Origin: an uncultured Methanomicrobiales archaeon
GTDB taxonomy: Archaea > Halobacteriota > Methanomicrobia > Methanomicrobiales > Methanospirillaceae
NCBI GenBank assembly: GCA_963697895.1
Contig: OY969100.1
Coordinates: 416,001-480,000, forward strand
DNA length: 64,000 nt
Direction: 5' to 3'
Positions 30,777 to 41,850 of the stretch are shown in pieces (position 1 is the first letter of the stretch; each line of letters starts with the position of its first letter). The notes beneath the pieces are model-generated. The model worked only from the letters and a program-made list of their open reading frames with translations, did no database searches and was not told where the DNA came from. The translations under genes and the position numbers were made by a program.

Positions 30777-30913
30777 ACGGATTCACACTCATATACGGGT
30801 TTTCGCCAGAACATATAACACAATGGCTTTATGATCTTGGTCGCAGCCTTTTACAGGCGTCCGAATAAGATATGGAATTTTTATATACATCCCGATAGTG
30901 AAGGGTCACAAAC

Positions 30914-31183
30914 CTAGATGGTTATCCCCAGCAACTGAAGCAGTATCAGGATCAATGCCCCGGGAAACCCCCCGAGTGCACAGACAACCACGCTGACCCA
31001 GGTGATTGGAATGTCCGGTATTCCCAGATATCCGAGCAGGTGGAAGTAATTAACAATAAAAAGGGTTGCAAGACCGAGGATAGAATTGACAATAAGTATC
31101 CAGATATTTTTCAGGACATAAAAAAGAACCGCGATGATGATGATCGCGACGACAATGATAACAACCAGATTATACGTATCCAT
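30914..31183 (-). CDS. Small membrane protein, BofA (pro-sigmaK processing inhibitor) family
   Basis: Three TM segments; LIVNSILGL...IPITWVSVVVCALGGFPG. Confidence 0.75.
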   Translation of the reverse strand: MDTYNLVVIIVVAIIIIAVLFYVLKNIWILIVNSILGLATLFIVNYFHLLGYLGIPDIPITWVSVVVCALGGFPGALILILLQLLGITI

Positions 31184-31497
31184 CTGGTTCAGCTATAGTC
31201 ATTATCCTTTATTTACATTAATGCCGGTAACCCTGACCCGGACTCATATACTCAATTCCTTTGCCACAACCTGGATCATCGGTGACCGATCCCGGTGCAT
31301 CGGATCTCGCAAAGGCTGACCCGGTGCTGAACAATAAGTAAATTGTATTGCTACAGGGCATGTTTGTCCGAACCAGTCTCCGGGTTCAAAATTGAGTACT
31401 ACTGTGCTGATTCCCGGGAAAAAAATCCCGAACCAGGAAATTATCCGGCTCCTGAAGCCCATAAACCGGAGCAAAATAATTTTTTGGCTTTTACAAC

Positions 31498-32781
31498 TCA
31501 TGCACTTCCCACAACATGCAGGTTATTCAGGAGGATTGAGGGAAGGATCATCGAGCCGATTATACGGTCATCAGTTCCGAGTCCCCCGATCCCCCGGAAC
31601 ATATCAAAAACATTCCCGGCGATCATCGCCTTCCGGATCGGCTCCCTGAATTCATTCTCCTCCATCCAGCAGGCGTTAGAGAGTTCTACCGAGAAATCCC
31701 CGCTCAGCGGATTTGCCGTATGCGCACCTACTACATCATGGGCATAGAGGCATTTTCCTGAACCCGGTTCTCTTTTCCCGGAAAGGATAAGGTTATGATG
31801 CCCGATGGATGGTGCCCCGCCGAATCCTGATCGTACCGCGCTGGCAGTGCTCTGCTTTCCATAGCGGTACGCCGTTTTCAGATCGTATGCAAATCCTTCG
31901 AGAATCCCGCATTTAATGAAATCCAGTCGTTTCGTGGGCGTACCCTCGGCATCCCACCAGGTGCTGCCCGTTCCCCGGGGATCGAATGGGTCATCTGAGA
32001 GAGAAATACGTTCATCCATGACAGCCTGGCCGAGCGACTGTGCCAGCCGGGAACGGCCTGCATGGACGTTTCTTCCGCTTATTGCAGGCACGATCACCGC
32101 GCCGATCAATTGGGCAGCTGCGATCGGAGAGAGGAGGAGGTCGTAATCCCCCGTACTGATATCCATACCGTTCTGGAAATGCTCCGCGAAGAATGCTGCC
32201 CGTTCTCCGACTTTCCCGGGGTGGACATTATTCGTCCATGATTCTTCGAACTCGTATCCGGTAGATTGCCCGGCGATGGCTTCAAGGGAGAGGGAAATGT
32301 GAGAGGATGGTTGTGTATAACGCACCCCATGGGAATTCGCCAGTGTCGTTGTCGAAAGGGCAAGGTCAGCCGAGCCTGAGGTCACCTGGACCCGGTGTTC
32401 CCCGGCACCTTCCAGCATTTCTTCGAGGAGATGCCGTGCCACCATCGGGTCAACCAAGAGATTAGGATCATAGTTTATGGGAGGATATGAGTCGGCAGCG
32501 GGGGTTGGTAAACCTCCCCATGGCAGGGGAGTGGAGAGCTTTCCACTCGATATTGCCGATGAGAGGCATTCATGCCACTGGCCGGGGTTATTCGTGCTTG
32601 AGACGCCGATCCGTCCTGCCTGGATCGTCCTCACCGAAAGTCCAGCGCTCCGCGATCCGGTCGCCAATGCCACCTTATCTTTCTGGAGACTGACAGAGAC
32701 GGATGTGCCCTCGGCGTAATATACTTCCAGTTCGTCGACTTCTTTTCGCCCGGCGGCGATAAGCGCCTCAATCCACGCCAC
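31498..32781 (-). CDS. TldD/PmbA family protein (PmbA/TldE-like)
   Basis: DAEGTPT, GAHTANPLSGDFSV, MIAGNVF; lacks HExxxH. Confidence 0.9.
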   Translation of the reverse strand: MAWIEALIAAGRKEVDELEVYYAEGTSVSVSLQKDKVALATGSRSAGLSVRTIQAGRIGVSSTNNPGQWHECLSSAISSGKLSTPLPWGGLPTPAADSYPPINYDPNLLVDPMVARHLLEEMLEGAGEHRVQVTSGSADLALSTTTLANSHGVRYTQPSSHISLSLEAIAGQSTGYEFEESWTNNVHPGKVGERAAFFAEHFQNGMDISTGDYDLLLSPIAAAQLIGAVIVPAISGRNVHAGRSRLAQSLGQAVMDERISLSDDPFDPRGTGSTWWDAEGTPTKRLDFIKCGILEGFAYDLKTAYRYGKQSTASAVRSGFGGAPSIGHHNLILSGKREPGSGKCLYAHDVVGAHTANPLSGDFSVELSNACWMEENEFREPIRKAMIAGNVFDMFRGIGGLGTDDRIIGSMILPSILLNNLHVVGSA

Positions 32782-34099
32782 TGCCGCCCACCACCGCCTC
32801 GGTCAGAAGAATATGGGGGGCTCCGTCGCTCACCGGAACGCTCTGCCCCCCTTTCCCGCAGTACCCCTGATGCATCTGTCGATCATTCCCACAGAGACTG
32901 ATTGCATGCAGAGTCAGAAGGATTTCACCGGACAGGGAAACATCCCTGACCATTCGTGTGCACTCCCCGTTCTCTATCATATACCCGTATTCCGCGTTGA
33001 ACTGGAATATCCCCCGGCCAGGATCGACCTGGCCACCCCGCGATCCGCTCAGGAGGATACCATCTTTGCATTCCATGAGGATCTCCTCGAGATGGGCATC
33101 TCCGTTCTCGACAAAGGTATTACTCATCCGAACAATCGGCGGCTCTCCCGGCATCGCCCGTGCGTGACCGGCAACTCCGTTCCCGACCGCTGCAAGCGTC
33201 TCACGATTGTGGAGGTAGGCGTTCACGACCCCCCTTCGGATGATCTCCGTTCTCATGACAGCCGATCCTTCCGCATCTACCGGTTCAAATCCAAACTCAG
33301 GGAGAGACGGGTCGTCGACGATCGTCAGGATTTTGTTCCCTATCTGATTCCCGATCCGCCCGGAAAGAACGGAATTACCTTCCTGGACCAGATCCCCCTC
33401 ACTCGCGTGCCCGACCGCTTCATGTGCGAAGACCCCGGCCAACTCCGGGTCGAGGACCGCACGCATGGTCCCCCCCCGGACCGCACCTGCATCCAGAAGA
33501 CTGACCGCCCGCTCAGCTGCTTTTTGCCCGCATTCCTGCTTGTGCCGGAGGTTCAGCCCATGAATCGAATGTTCCCGCTCATACCCCATCTGTACCGTAC
33601 CATTCCTTGACGCTACTGCGAGAATCGTAAACCCTGAACGACAGACCGAATATGAAAATTCGCTTCCCTGGCTGTCCACGTACCGGACCTTTTCAAGCCG
33701 TTCACTGTAGGTTGCCCGGGTATTGACAACCCCGGGGATCCTGGCACTCTTTTCAATCTCCGCAAGAAGAGCGGTCTTCTCCTCGATCCCCACGTCTGAA
33801 GGGTCTTCCTTCATCGGCGGAACCGGAAGGACTCCCCGAGGTGCATCCGCAAGGTGAACCTCCTCATCCGTGACCGCTGCAAGGCTTTCCGCCTGCCTGA
33901 TCAGGGTTTCAAGATCGTTTCCCCGGGGACGATGGTAGTTATCCAGGGTCAGGATACCCCATCCATCCGGGCCAAGGACGCGGATGACGGACTGATTGAA
34001 AAACGAGGTTCCGGCTGATTCGACCACGGTATTATCAAGGTCGATATGGGTCTGTTCGCCGGTGAGATGGCGGATATCGTAGTAACGTATCCGCGACAT
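32768..34099 (-). CDS. tldD: TldD family metalloprotease
   Basis: HEAVGH, RMSNT, CGKGGQSVPVSDGAP. Confidence 0.93.
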   Translation of the reverse strand: MSRIRYYDIRHLTGEQTHIDLDNTVVESAGTSFFNQSVIRVLGPDGWGILTLDNYHRPRGNDLETLIRQAESLAAVTDEEVHLADAPRGVLPVPPMKEDPSDVGIEEKTALLAEIEKSARIPGVVNTRATYSERLEKVRYVDSQGSEFSYSVCRSGFTILAVASRNGTVQMGYEREHSIHGLNLRHKQECGQKAAERAVSLLDAGAVRGGTMRAVLDPELAGVFAHEAVGHASEGDLVQEGNSVLSGRIGNQIGNKILTIVDDPSLPEFGFEPVDAEGSAVMRTEIIRRGVVNAYLHNRETLAAVGNGVAGHARAMPGEPPIVRMSNTFVENGDAHLEEILMECKDGILLSGSRGGQVDPGRGIFQFNAEYGYMIENGECTRMVRDVSLSGEILLTLHAISLCGNDRQMHQGYCGKGGQSVPVSDGAPHILLTEAVVGGSGVD

Positions 34100-34104
34100 G
34101 ACTA

Positions 34105-36021
34105 TCAGAATGGTGCCGGCGTGATCGGGCTGTCAAGGACCTTTCCGGAATGACCAATCGCCATCTTTCGGATCTTGGCAAGAAACCCTTCCTTGTTTTC
34201 TTCCGGAACCAGCGCATATCCGAGGACATCTTCGATATGGTCGACCGGGATGACTTTGACTATCTCCCTGAACCGTTCCTCGATCAGTACATCATCCATG
34301 TTTGAGCTCGGTATCAGCACCGTTTTTATCCCCGCCTTTGCCGCCGCTTCTATCTTATAGGTGACTCCCCCGACCGGTAGTACATCTCCCCGAACCGAGA
34401 GGGATCCGGTCATCGCCACATCCTGGCGGACGGGAATCGACTCGATTGCGCTGATCACCGCAGTTGCGACACTGATAGATGCGGAATCACCTTCAACACC
34501 ACCATACGTTCCGATGAACTGGATGTGGATATCCATATTTTTGATATCTTTCCCGGTGAACTTCTTCAGGACCGCACTGACGTTCTTGATCGATTCCTGT
34601 GCGATCTCTTTCAGCATCCCGGTCGCGATAACCGTTCCGCTCTCGCCCTGAGCCGGTGTGACTTCGGCCATAATCGGGAGGACGGATCCCGAGTCGGACC
34701 CCATTACCGCGAGGCCATTTACCCGTCCGACCCGTGTGCCGTCGATGACCGTAAGCTCATACTCGCGGCTCCGCCGAATATATTCATCAGAGACCTGGTC
34801 CTCGATAGAACGGGCCGAATTCTTGGCGGCAATCACGTGATCCGCCGTTGTGATCTCTGCCCCCTGCTGGCGTGCGAGGTCACCAGCGACGCGAATGAGA
34901 CCCCCCATGTCCCGCAACTTCAGCGTGAGATGGCCCTTCCTGTTAGAGCGGCGTCTCGCCTCCCGGATGATCTCTTCGATCGCATTTCTGTCGAAGTGGG
35001 GGATCTTCCCGTCATTCTTGATCTCCTGTGCGATGAACCGGATGAATTTCTGCCTGTTTTCAGGTGTATCCTCCATGCTCTCGCTCATATAAACTTCATA
35101 CCCATATCCGCGGATACGGGATCGGAGCGCGGGATGCATCCCCTGAATTGCATCGAGATTCCCAGCGGCGACCATTACAAATCTGCACGGGACCGCCTCC
35201 GTCCGGACCATCGCCCCGCTGGATCGCTCGCTCTGGCCGGTTATCGGAAATTGTCCTTCCTGGAGTGCCGAGAGGAGGTTCTGCTGGGAGTGCGGGGTGA
35301 GGGTATTGATCTCATCAATAAAAAGCACCCCTTCATGTGCCCGGTGTATCGCTCCTGCTTCGACGCGGTCATGTGCTGGCGTTTCCAACCCTCCGCTCTG
35401 AAAGGGATCGTGTCTGACATCGCCGAGGAGAGCGCCTGCATGTGAACCGGTCGCATCGATAAAGGGGGCTGTTGTTGTCTGATCGTTGGATACGAGCAGC
35501 TTCGGGACCATCGCTTCTTCCCGGGGGGTTGCGTATCTCAATGCCATGAATACGAACGCAGCCGCAATGATACCCATCAGCCATTGAAACGTGATGAACG
35601 CGTAGCCGATGATCCCGATCATGAGCAGCATGAGAAGAGTGTTCCGGAACTGAATCTTTTTCCTTGCTTCCGCTTTGTGTGCAGTCACTATCTGTTTTCC
35701 CCGCCCTGCCTGTACGGTACGGACAACCGGGTTATTCGGGTCATCAGAGTTTGGATACACAAGGATATCCTGGAGTTCTTCTTTCGGCAGGAGTTCGGCC
35801 ATCGCCTTCGCGAGCATCGATTTGCCTGTCCCGGGGCTTCCGATCATCATGACATGGCGACGCTGGATCGCTGCTTTTTTGATGATCTCCACGGCCTGTT
35901 CCTGACCGATTACCTGGTCTATCAGTCGGGGTGGTACTTCTATCTCTGACGATGCTTCCAGCTGAACATCGTCCGTAAGAACCGGTTCCTGCGTGAGTAC
36001 CCCCCCTTCTTTGGTTTCCAT
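34105..36021 (-). CDS. lonB: Membrane-bound ATP-dependent protease LonB
   Basis: [10 protein letters not shown] insert, DVRHDP, FIDE, EGDSAS (catalytic Ser), VTYK; ATG 36021 with GAGGT SD. Confidence 0.96.
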   Translation of the reverse strand: METKEGGVLTQEPVLTDDVQLEASSEIEVPPRLIDQVIGQEQAVEIIKKAAIQRRHVMMIGSPGTGKSMLAKAMAELLPKEELQDILVYPNSDDPNNPVVRTVQAGRGKQIVTAHKAEARKKIQFRNTLLMLLMIGIIGYAFITFQWLMGIIAAAFVFMALRYATPREEAMVPKLLVSNDQTTTAPFIDATGSHAGALLGDVRHDPFQSGGLETPAHDRVEAGAIHRAHEGVLFIDEINTLTPHSQQNLLSALQEGQFPITGQSERSSGAMVRTEAVPCRFVMVAAGNLDAIQGMHPALRSRIRGYGYEVYMSESMEDTPENRQKFIRFIAQEIKNDGKIPHFDRNAIEEIIREARRRSNRKGHLTLKLRDMGGLIRVAGDLARQQGAEITTADHVIAAKNSARSIEDQVSDEYIRRSREYELTVIDGTRVGRVNGLAVMGSDSGSVLPIMAEVTPAQGESGTVIATGMLKEIAQESIKNVSAVLKKFTGKDIKNMDIHIQFIGTYGGVEGDSASISVATAVISAIESIPVRQDVAMTGSLSVRGDVLPVGGVTYKIEAAAKAGIKTVLIPSSNMDDVLIEERFREIVKVIPVDHIEDVLGYALVPEENKEGFLAKIRKMAIGHSGKVLDSPITPAPF

Positions 36022-36106
36022 TCTCTGATTTACCTCTTTGCACACGTAGGTACTAATATAATTAATTCATGCTAGTTTAAGTACTTTCAGCATGAGGTAG
36101 GATGAG

Positions 36107-36955
36107 ATGAAGGTAATCAGCACCGAATCGTCGCAGATCCTTGCAGGAAGAATTGCCGGGGCGATGCATACCGGAATTGTCGATGTCAGGTTCTCCCGGT
36201 TTCCCGACGGGGAGATCTACCTGATAACGGGTCCTCTCGATGAAGAGACGGTGATTGTCGGGAGTACGGTTGATAATGATGCATTAGTCCAGCTCCTTCT
36301 TCTGATCGACGCTTGTGAAGATTCGGTCAATCATCTTGTACTCCCGTATATGGGATATGCCCGTCAGGATAAACGATTCCATCGCGGTGAACCGCTCAGT
36401 GCCCGGGCAATAGCCCGGATTCTTTCCCGGGGTATTTCGCGGGTGTACACCGTCAACATCCACGAACCGTCGGTACTCTCCTTTTTTGGGGTTCCTTCGG
36501 AGAATATATCCCTTGCTGGCGACATCGGCGCATTTCTTCTGGAAAACGGCCCGGAGGATCCTCTCATCCTCGGGCCGGACGAAGGTGCTGCGGAGTTTGC
36601 CGAAGGCGTTGCCCATGCCGGATGCTGGGATTGCGACCATCTCAAAAAGACACGACTGTCAGGGGAAAATGTCGTCATGGAACCGAAGAGCCTGGGTGTG
36701 GAAGGTCGTGATGTGGTTCTGGTCGATGACATCATATCCACCGGAGGGACACTAGCGACTGCAGCAGGCATGCTGTATGACCAGGGAGCCCGTAATATTG
36801 ATGCTTTCTGCGTGCATGGGGTCTTCACGGGGGGGGCATATATGCACCTCCGGGCCGCGGGTATCCGGGATATCATCTGTTGTGACACCATCGAACGGGG
36901 GTGCAGCATGGTCACTGCAGCAGGCTGTATTTCGGCATGCCTCCGGAAGTCCTGA
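36107..36955 (+). CDS. prs: Ribose-phosphate pyrophosphokinase
   Basis: FPDGE, PYMGYARQD, PDEGA, VDDIISTGGT. Confidence 0.96.
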   Translation: MKVISTESSQILAGRIAGAMHTGIVDVRFSRFPDGEIYLITGPLDEETVIVGSTVDNDALVQLLLLIDACEDSVNHLVLPYMGYARQDKRFHRGEPLSARAIARILSRGISRVYTVNIHEPSVLSFFGVPSENISLAGDIGAFLLENGPEDPLILGPDEGAAEFAEGVAHAGCWDCDHLKKTRLSGENVVMEPKSLGVEGRDVVLVDDIISTGGTLATAAGMLYDQGARNIDAFCVHGVFTGGAYMHLRAAGIRDIICCDTIERGCSMVTAAGCISACLRKS

Positions 36956-37934
36956 AGATCGACGGCTGCAGCCACGAGGGTGGTGGGCAGATAGTACGCA
37001 TGGCGGTCGCGCTTTCGGCAATCTCCGGCCGCACGATAGAGATAATCAATATCCGTGCCAACCGCCGGGATCCCGGGCTGGGTAACCAGCATTGTGCAGC
37101 AGTCAGGGCCGTTGCCGAAGCATGCAACGCGAATATCAGCGGGTGCATGAAAGGGAGCACCCATATCCGTTTCGCTCCCCGGGATATCCGGTGGCGAAAT
37201 ATAGGAATCGATATCGGGACTGCGGGGAGCATCCCGCTTGTCCTTCAGGCGTGGCTACCGGTCGCTCTTACCGAAGGCGGATCTCTCACCGTTTCCGGGG
37301 GGACCGAGGTCATGCACAGTCCGACGATCGATTATATTGCTCATGTATTCATTCCAATCCTGCTCCGATTCGGAGCATCAGTGGATCTCGAGATCATCCG
37401 GCGGGGGTACTATCCACGCGGGGGGGAAGGGTAACCATGCTGGTCAGCTCGTCGAAGATTTCCCCGATCATGCTCTCTCACAAACCCTGCCCTGCTGCCT
37501 GTGGCATATGCTCCAGCTCTTCAAATCTGCCGGATCACGTCGCCGATCGCCAGGCCCGCATTGCCGATGATCTTCTTTCCGCTTCGCTCGGAGTGACTTG
37601 CCCGATAATGGTTGATCGGAGGACGGGAGACAGCACGGGAAGTTCCTGCACCGTATGGGCAGGGACCAAAGGAGGATCTGCCCTTGGTAAGCGTGGCCTC
37701 CGGGCCGAACGGGTGGGGGAGAAGGCTGCATGTCTGCTCCTCGATGCGATGAGAAAACCCGGAGACGTTGACGAATACCTGAGCGATCAGCTCCTCATCT
37801 ATATTGCGCGATACCGGGGGAGATATTCCACCCACACCCGGTCGATGCATGCGCTGACCATGTGCTGGCTTCTCGGGTTGTTCGGATATCAGATCACCGG
37901 CGAGGGTGGGGAAATGGTGACCTATTCCGCATGA
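36937..37934 (+). CDS. rtcA: RNA 3'-terminal phosphate cyclase (one G missing in the run 37420-37426)
   Basis: EGGGQIVR, RGYYPRGG, DEYLSDQL, His in SMHALT; two ORFs join at the G7 run. Confidence 0.9.
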
Positions 37935-38386
37935 AATCTGTTCTCGATGCATCGGTTTTTTTTACTGATCTCTCTCTTGAAGGAGAGCTCTACACGACTC
38001 CACTGGTCGTTTCCGAGCTAAAAGACCTCCGATCCAAAGGACGGCTGGAAAGTCTGCTGACCCGGGGTCTGGTGGTGACCGAACCCGGACCGGAGAGCAG
38101 GCGCCGCGTGGAGGACGCTGCCGACCGGAGCGGTGACCGGGTCGTCCTGTCACGAGCGGATATCGATCTTCTGGCCCTGGCGCTTGAAATCGGGGCAATC
38201 GTCTTCACCGATGATTTTGCCATCCAGAACACGGCACTGATACTCGGGGTAGAGACGCGATCTCTTCTGCAGCGGAAGGCTGTCCGGCGAACCTGGCGGT
38301 TCCGGTGCAACGGGTGCGGCCGCTACTATTCGCAACCGGGATATTGCACGGTATGCGGCGCGATCATTAAAAGAAAACTTAAATAG
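37931..38386 (+). CDS. nob1: NOB1-family PIN endonuclease
   Basis: VLDAS, LSRAD, TDDFAIQN, CNGC...CTVCG zinc ribbon; ATGA overlap with rtcA. Confidence 0.9.
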   Translation: MKSVLDASVFFTDLSLEGELYTTPLVVSELKDLRSKGRLESLLTRGLVVTEPGPESRRRVEDAADRSGDRVVLSRADIDLLALALEIGAIVFTDDFAIQNTALILGVETRSLLQRKAVRRTWRFRCNGCGRYYSQPGYCTVCGAIIKRKLK

Positions 38387-38407
38387 CTGGGTCCTGAACT
38401 TCTCTTC

Positions 38408-39019
38408 ATGTCATCCCTCGATGAACTGATCCTCCGGGCGAAGATGCTGCTTTCGGAGGGTCACAGCCCGGGCCAGATCGCCGATGAGCTCAGCCTCTCG
38501 ATGGAGACGGTGACCTGGCTCCTGACACAGCAGAAGGGCGCCGCAATCCCGAAAGATGTCCATATCGACTGGACGAATGTGAGTGAATATGCAACCCTGA
38601 TCGACGATATGGCAATGATGCTGCTCCGGCATTATTATTGCGCATCGGCGGAAACGGCCGGACCAGAACGGGAGACGGCCTCGGTCATCGTGGGGATTGC
38701 CATCACCGGAATCCCGCTCGCGACCTTAATTGCGGTTCAGGAAGATGCAAAACTTGCTATCTATTATCCCGCGAAGCAGAGCACCAGTGACAACCCGGTG
38801 GGATCGATGAGCGGGAACTTCGCGAACATCTCCGGTGAGCGGTGCCTGATCGTCGATGATGTGATCACATCCGGAAAGACCCTTCATGAGGTGGTCAAAT
38901 ATGTGAAACGCCATGGATCGGTTCCCGTTGGTATCGTCGTCATCTTCGACAAACGCGGAATCAGGGAGATCGAGGGGGTTCCTGTCCATTCGCTGTTTAA
39001 GATATCCCGTATCGATTGA
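38408..39019 (+). CDS. gfcR: Orotate phosphoribosyltransferase-like protein with N-terminal HTH (GfcR family)
   Basis: [41 protein letters not shown] loop. Confidence 0.85.
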   Translation: MSSLDELILRAKMLLSEGHSPGQIADELSLSMETVTWLLTQQKGAAIPKDVHIDWTNVSEYATLIDDMAMMLLRHYYCASAETAGPERETASVIVGIAITGIPLATLIAVQEDAKLAIYYPAKQSTSDNPVGSMSGNFANISGERCLIVDDVITSGKTLHEVVKYVKRHGSVPVGIVVIFDKRGIREIEGVPVHSLFKISRID

Positions 39020-39083
39020 AAAGTTATGAGATACACCTGAACAGCCAAGCAGACTGAGGTCGGCGCACCGGCATATGGATCAG

Positions 39084-39106
39084 TTTATATAGAAGTCCAA
39101 TTCAAT
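39084..39106 (+). promoter_or_regulatory. Thermosome promoter: TATA plus candidate heat-shock element
   Basis: TTTATATAGAA-GTC-CAAT-T-CAAT; same pattern at the grpE promoter. Confidence 0.65.
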
Positions 39107-39132
39107 CTTTTACCACATTGGAGGATTATTCT

Positions 39133-40719
39133 ATGCTTGGAGGACAACCCATAATTATTTTAAAAGAGAACGTTGAGCGGAACCGCGGGCGTGAAGCCCA
39201 GCGTTCAAACATTACCGCGGCGAAGGCGATTGCAGGGGCAGTCAGGACAACGCTTGGTCCACGGGGCATGGATAAGATGCTGGTCTCAGGAACCGGGGAC
39301 ATCACGATCACGAATGATGGTGCAACCATCCTCTCAGAGATCTCAGTTCAGCATCCAGGTGCGAAGATGGTGATCGAGGTTGCCAAAGCGCAGGACGATG
39401 AGGTTGGCGACGGAACGACAACCGCCGTGGTGCTCGTCGGTTCCCTGATGGAACAGGCCGAACACCTGATCACGTCCAAGATTCACCCGACGGTGATCGC
39501 CCAAGGATACCGGATGGGAATGTACAAGGCGCTCGATATCCTGAACTCCCTCTCTATCCCGGTAGATTCGTATGACCGGGACACGCTCATCAAGATCGCT
39601 GACACCGCAATGACCGGGAAATCGATCGAATCGGTAAAAGGCAAACTCAATGCCATCGCTGTGGATGCAGTGATCGGAGTCTCGGAGAAGGTGGGCGGGA
39701 AAGTCATCGTTGACGAGGACGACGTCATGATCAAGAAACAGAAGGGAGAGACCATGGATGATGCAGAACTCGTCCGTGGAATGGTCCTCGACAAGAAACG
39801 GCTCAGCGAAGATATGCCCCGGAAGGTGAAATCGGCCAAGGTCGCGATGGTGGCGACCCCGCTCGAGATCAAAAAGACCCAGGTGAAAGCCAAGATCAAG
39901 ATCAGCTCCAGTGAGCAGATGAGCGCCTTCGGCGTTCAGGAACGTGAATCCCTCAAAAATCTGGCGGATGCGGTGATCTCGTCCGGTGCGAACGTCCTCC
40001 TCTGCCAGAAGGGAATTGCAGATGCGGTTCAGTTCTATCTTGCAAAGGCCGGCATATTCGCGGTCGAGGATGTCCCCGAGAAGGACATGAAATACGCGGC
40101 ACGTGCCCTCGGAGGCGCAATCGTCAACAAGGCAGAGGACCTTACCGCCGCGCAGCTCGGGCACGCAGATATGGTGGAAGAACTGGAAGACACCGATATC
40201 GTCAAGATATCGGGATGCAAGAACCCGAAAGCAGTCACCATCCTTCTCCGGGGTTCATCCGACTATCTCCTCGACGAGCTCGAGCGGGCGGTTGTGGATG
40301 GTACACGAGTCGTCATGGACGTGATGGAAGACGGGAAGTATGTCGTCGGCGGAGGGTCGATCGAGACGGAGCTGCTCATGCAGATCAACGAATATGCGAC
40401 CCAGATCGGCGGACGGGTCCAGCTCGCTATAGAGGCCTATGCAAAATCCTTCGAGGTCATCCCCCTCACCCTCGCAGAGAACTCAGGGTTCAACCCGATC
40501 GACAAACTGGTCGACCTGAAGAATGCACATGCGAAGGGGCAGAAAAATGCGGGGCTGAATGTGTACACCGGGAAGATCGTCGATATGAAGAAAGACGGTG
40601 TCATCGAGCCGATGCGCTCCAAGCGCCAGGCAATCCAGTCCTCGGCCGAAGCGGCGATCATGCTCATCAGGGTCGATGATATGATGATCACGAGCGAGAA
40701 ATCAAAGGCACCGGCATAG
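39133..40719 (+). CDS. Thermosome (group II chaperonin) subunit
   Basis: [25 protein letters not shown]; ATG 39133 with GGAGG SD. Confidence 0.97.
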   Translation: MLGGQPIIILKENVERNRGREAQRSNITAAKAIAGAVRTTLGPRGMDKMLVSGTGDITITNDGATILSEISVQHPGAKMVIEVAKAQDDEVGDGTTTAVVLVGSLMEQAEHLITSKIHPTVIAQGYRMGMYKALDILNSLSIPVDSYDRDTLIKIADTAMTGKSIESVKGKLNAIAVDAVIGVSEKVGGKVIVDEDDVMIKKQKGETMDDAELVRGMVLDKKRLSEDMPRKVKSAKVAMVATPLEIKKTQVKAKIKISSSEQMSAFGVQERESLKNLADAVISSGANVLLCQKGIADAVQFYLAKAGIFAVEDVPEKDMKYAARALGGAIVNKAEDLTAAQLGHADMVEELEDTDIVKISGCKNPKAVTILLRGSSDYLLDELERAVVDGTRVVMDVMEDGKYVVGGGSIETELLMQINEYATQIGGRVQLAIEAYAKSFEVIPLTLAENSGFNPIDKLVDLKNAHAKGQKNAGLNVYTGKIVDMKKDGVIEPMRSKRQAIQSSAEAAIMLIRVDDMMITSEKSKAPA

Positions 40720-40733
40720 GCGCACAATATTCA

Positions 40734-40741
40734 TTTTTTTT
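40734..40741 (+). terminator. Oligo(T) archaeal terminator after the thermosome gene
   Basis: T8 run 15 nt after the stop codon. Confidence 0.55.
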
Positions 40742-40994
40742 GAAACTCTGCTAACACGAGACCGGACCCCATCGGCTTCCGGGACTGTTACAGGAACAGG
40801 GTGCATCCTTTTTAAAAAATCTAGAGCGGGGAAAGAATCATCCACTCTTGCCCGTGAGGATTTGGATGTCTGAGAATTTCTCACCCGGTCCGATATTCAT
40901 TTTCAAAAAGGTGTAGAAAAGACGGAATCCCTTCTTCATCAATAACGGCCTGATATGTGCTCACTACAGAATGATCCGGCCATCCTTTGCCCGA

Positions 40995-41468
40995 TCATTC
41001 GTCGGGATTATATTCTGCGCTCTTCGTTTTCTCAAAAAGTTCACGGATTGTTACTGTGTTACCTCCGGATGCCCCTGATGCTGTCCCTGGTTGGGGGGTA
41101 TCGGCGGGGTGTACGGATAGTGACGTTACCGAGGCGGCTCCGGATTCCGATCCCTGCGATGACGTTCCGGACCGGGACACGTCCGAAGCAGTCCCGGATT
41201 GCGATGCTTGAGCTATAGTCCCGGTCGGTGAGGTATCAGATTGTGTTCCTGACGGTGATGAAACCGATGTGGACCCTGACTGCGGAGGCTCGGGCTGATC
41301 AAATGATGGTGTTATGACTCCGCTCTGATCTAACGGGCACATGTTGATGCTGGAAGAAGTATCCACCGGCCCGAGGCCGGATGGCCCGAACGGGCACAAA
41401 CTTCCTAACGGGACCGGGATGGCCAACATACATGCCATCGTCCAGATTAAAAACTCTTCATATGTCAT
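40995..41468 (-). CDS. Hypothetical protein with hydrophobic N-terminus and Ser/Thr/Gly-rich body
   Basis: GGAGGT SD before ATG 41468; low-complexity S/T/G/Q segment. Confidence 0.6.
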   Translation of the reverse strand: MTYEEFLIWTMACMLAIPVPLGSLCPFGPSGLGPVDTSSSINMCPLDQSGVITPSFDQPEPPQSGSTSVSSPSGTQSDTSPTGTIAQASQSGTASDVSRSGTSSQGSESGAASVTSLSVHPADTPQPGTASGASGGNTVTIRELFEKTKSAEYNPDE

Positions 41469-41850
41469 GGTTGTACCTCCAATGGGGGATATGCGACGTC
41501 ACCGTTTCCTTCGGGATAGTTCCCGCCGGAATCCCCCGAATTTCATGATATCTCATCTCCTTTCTGATCCCTGACTTGAGATCATTTTCGGGTACGTGCG
41601 TCCGGGGATCCTGGGGATCTCTTCGATCGATACCAGTGGAATCGAACATGCTTCCGGAATTTATTTATGGTTTTTGGTCCGGAGCTGATCAGTCCTGCAC
41701 CATTCGGTTCAAACGATGAATGGCAAGTTCCTATCCCCTGCAGCCGGGGTTTTCCCATCCCTGGGATGCAGGTATTTATAAATAAAAGGAATTTGTTCCG
41801 GAATTTTATTGTCCTGCTCTGGTACACCAGTATTCCGCCTGTCAACGCGA

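Noticed and set aside
41788-41799. GGAA...TTCC as an NrpR operator
   Set aside because: The spacer is 4 nt; the established site has 6.
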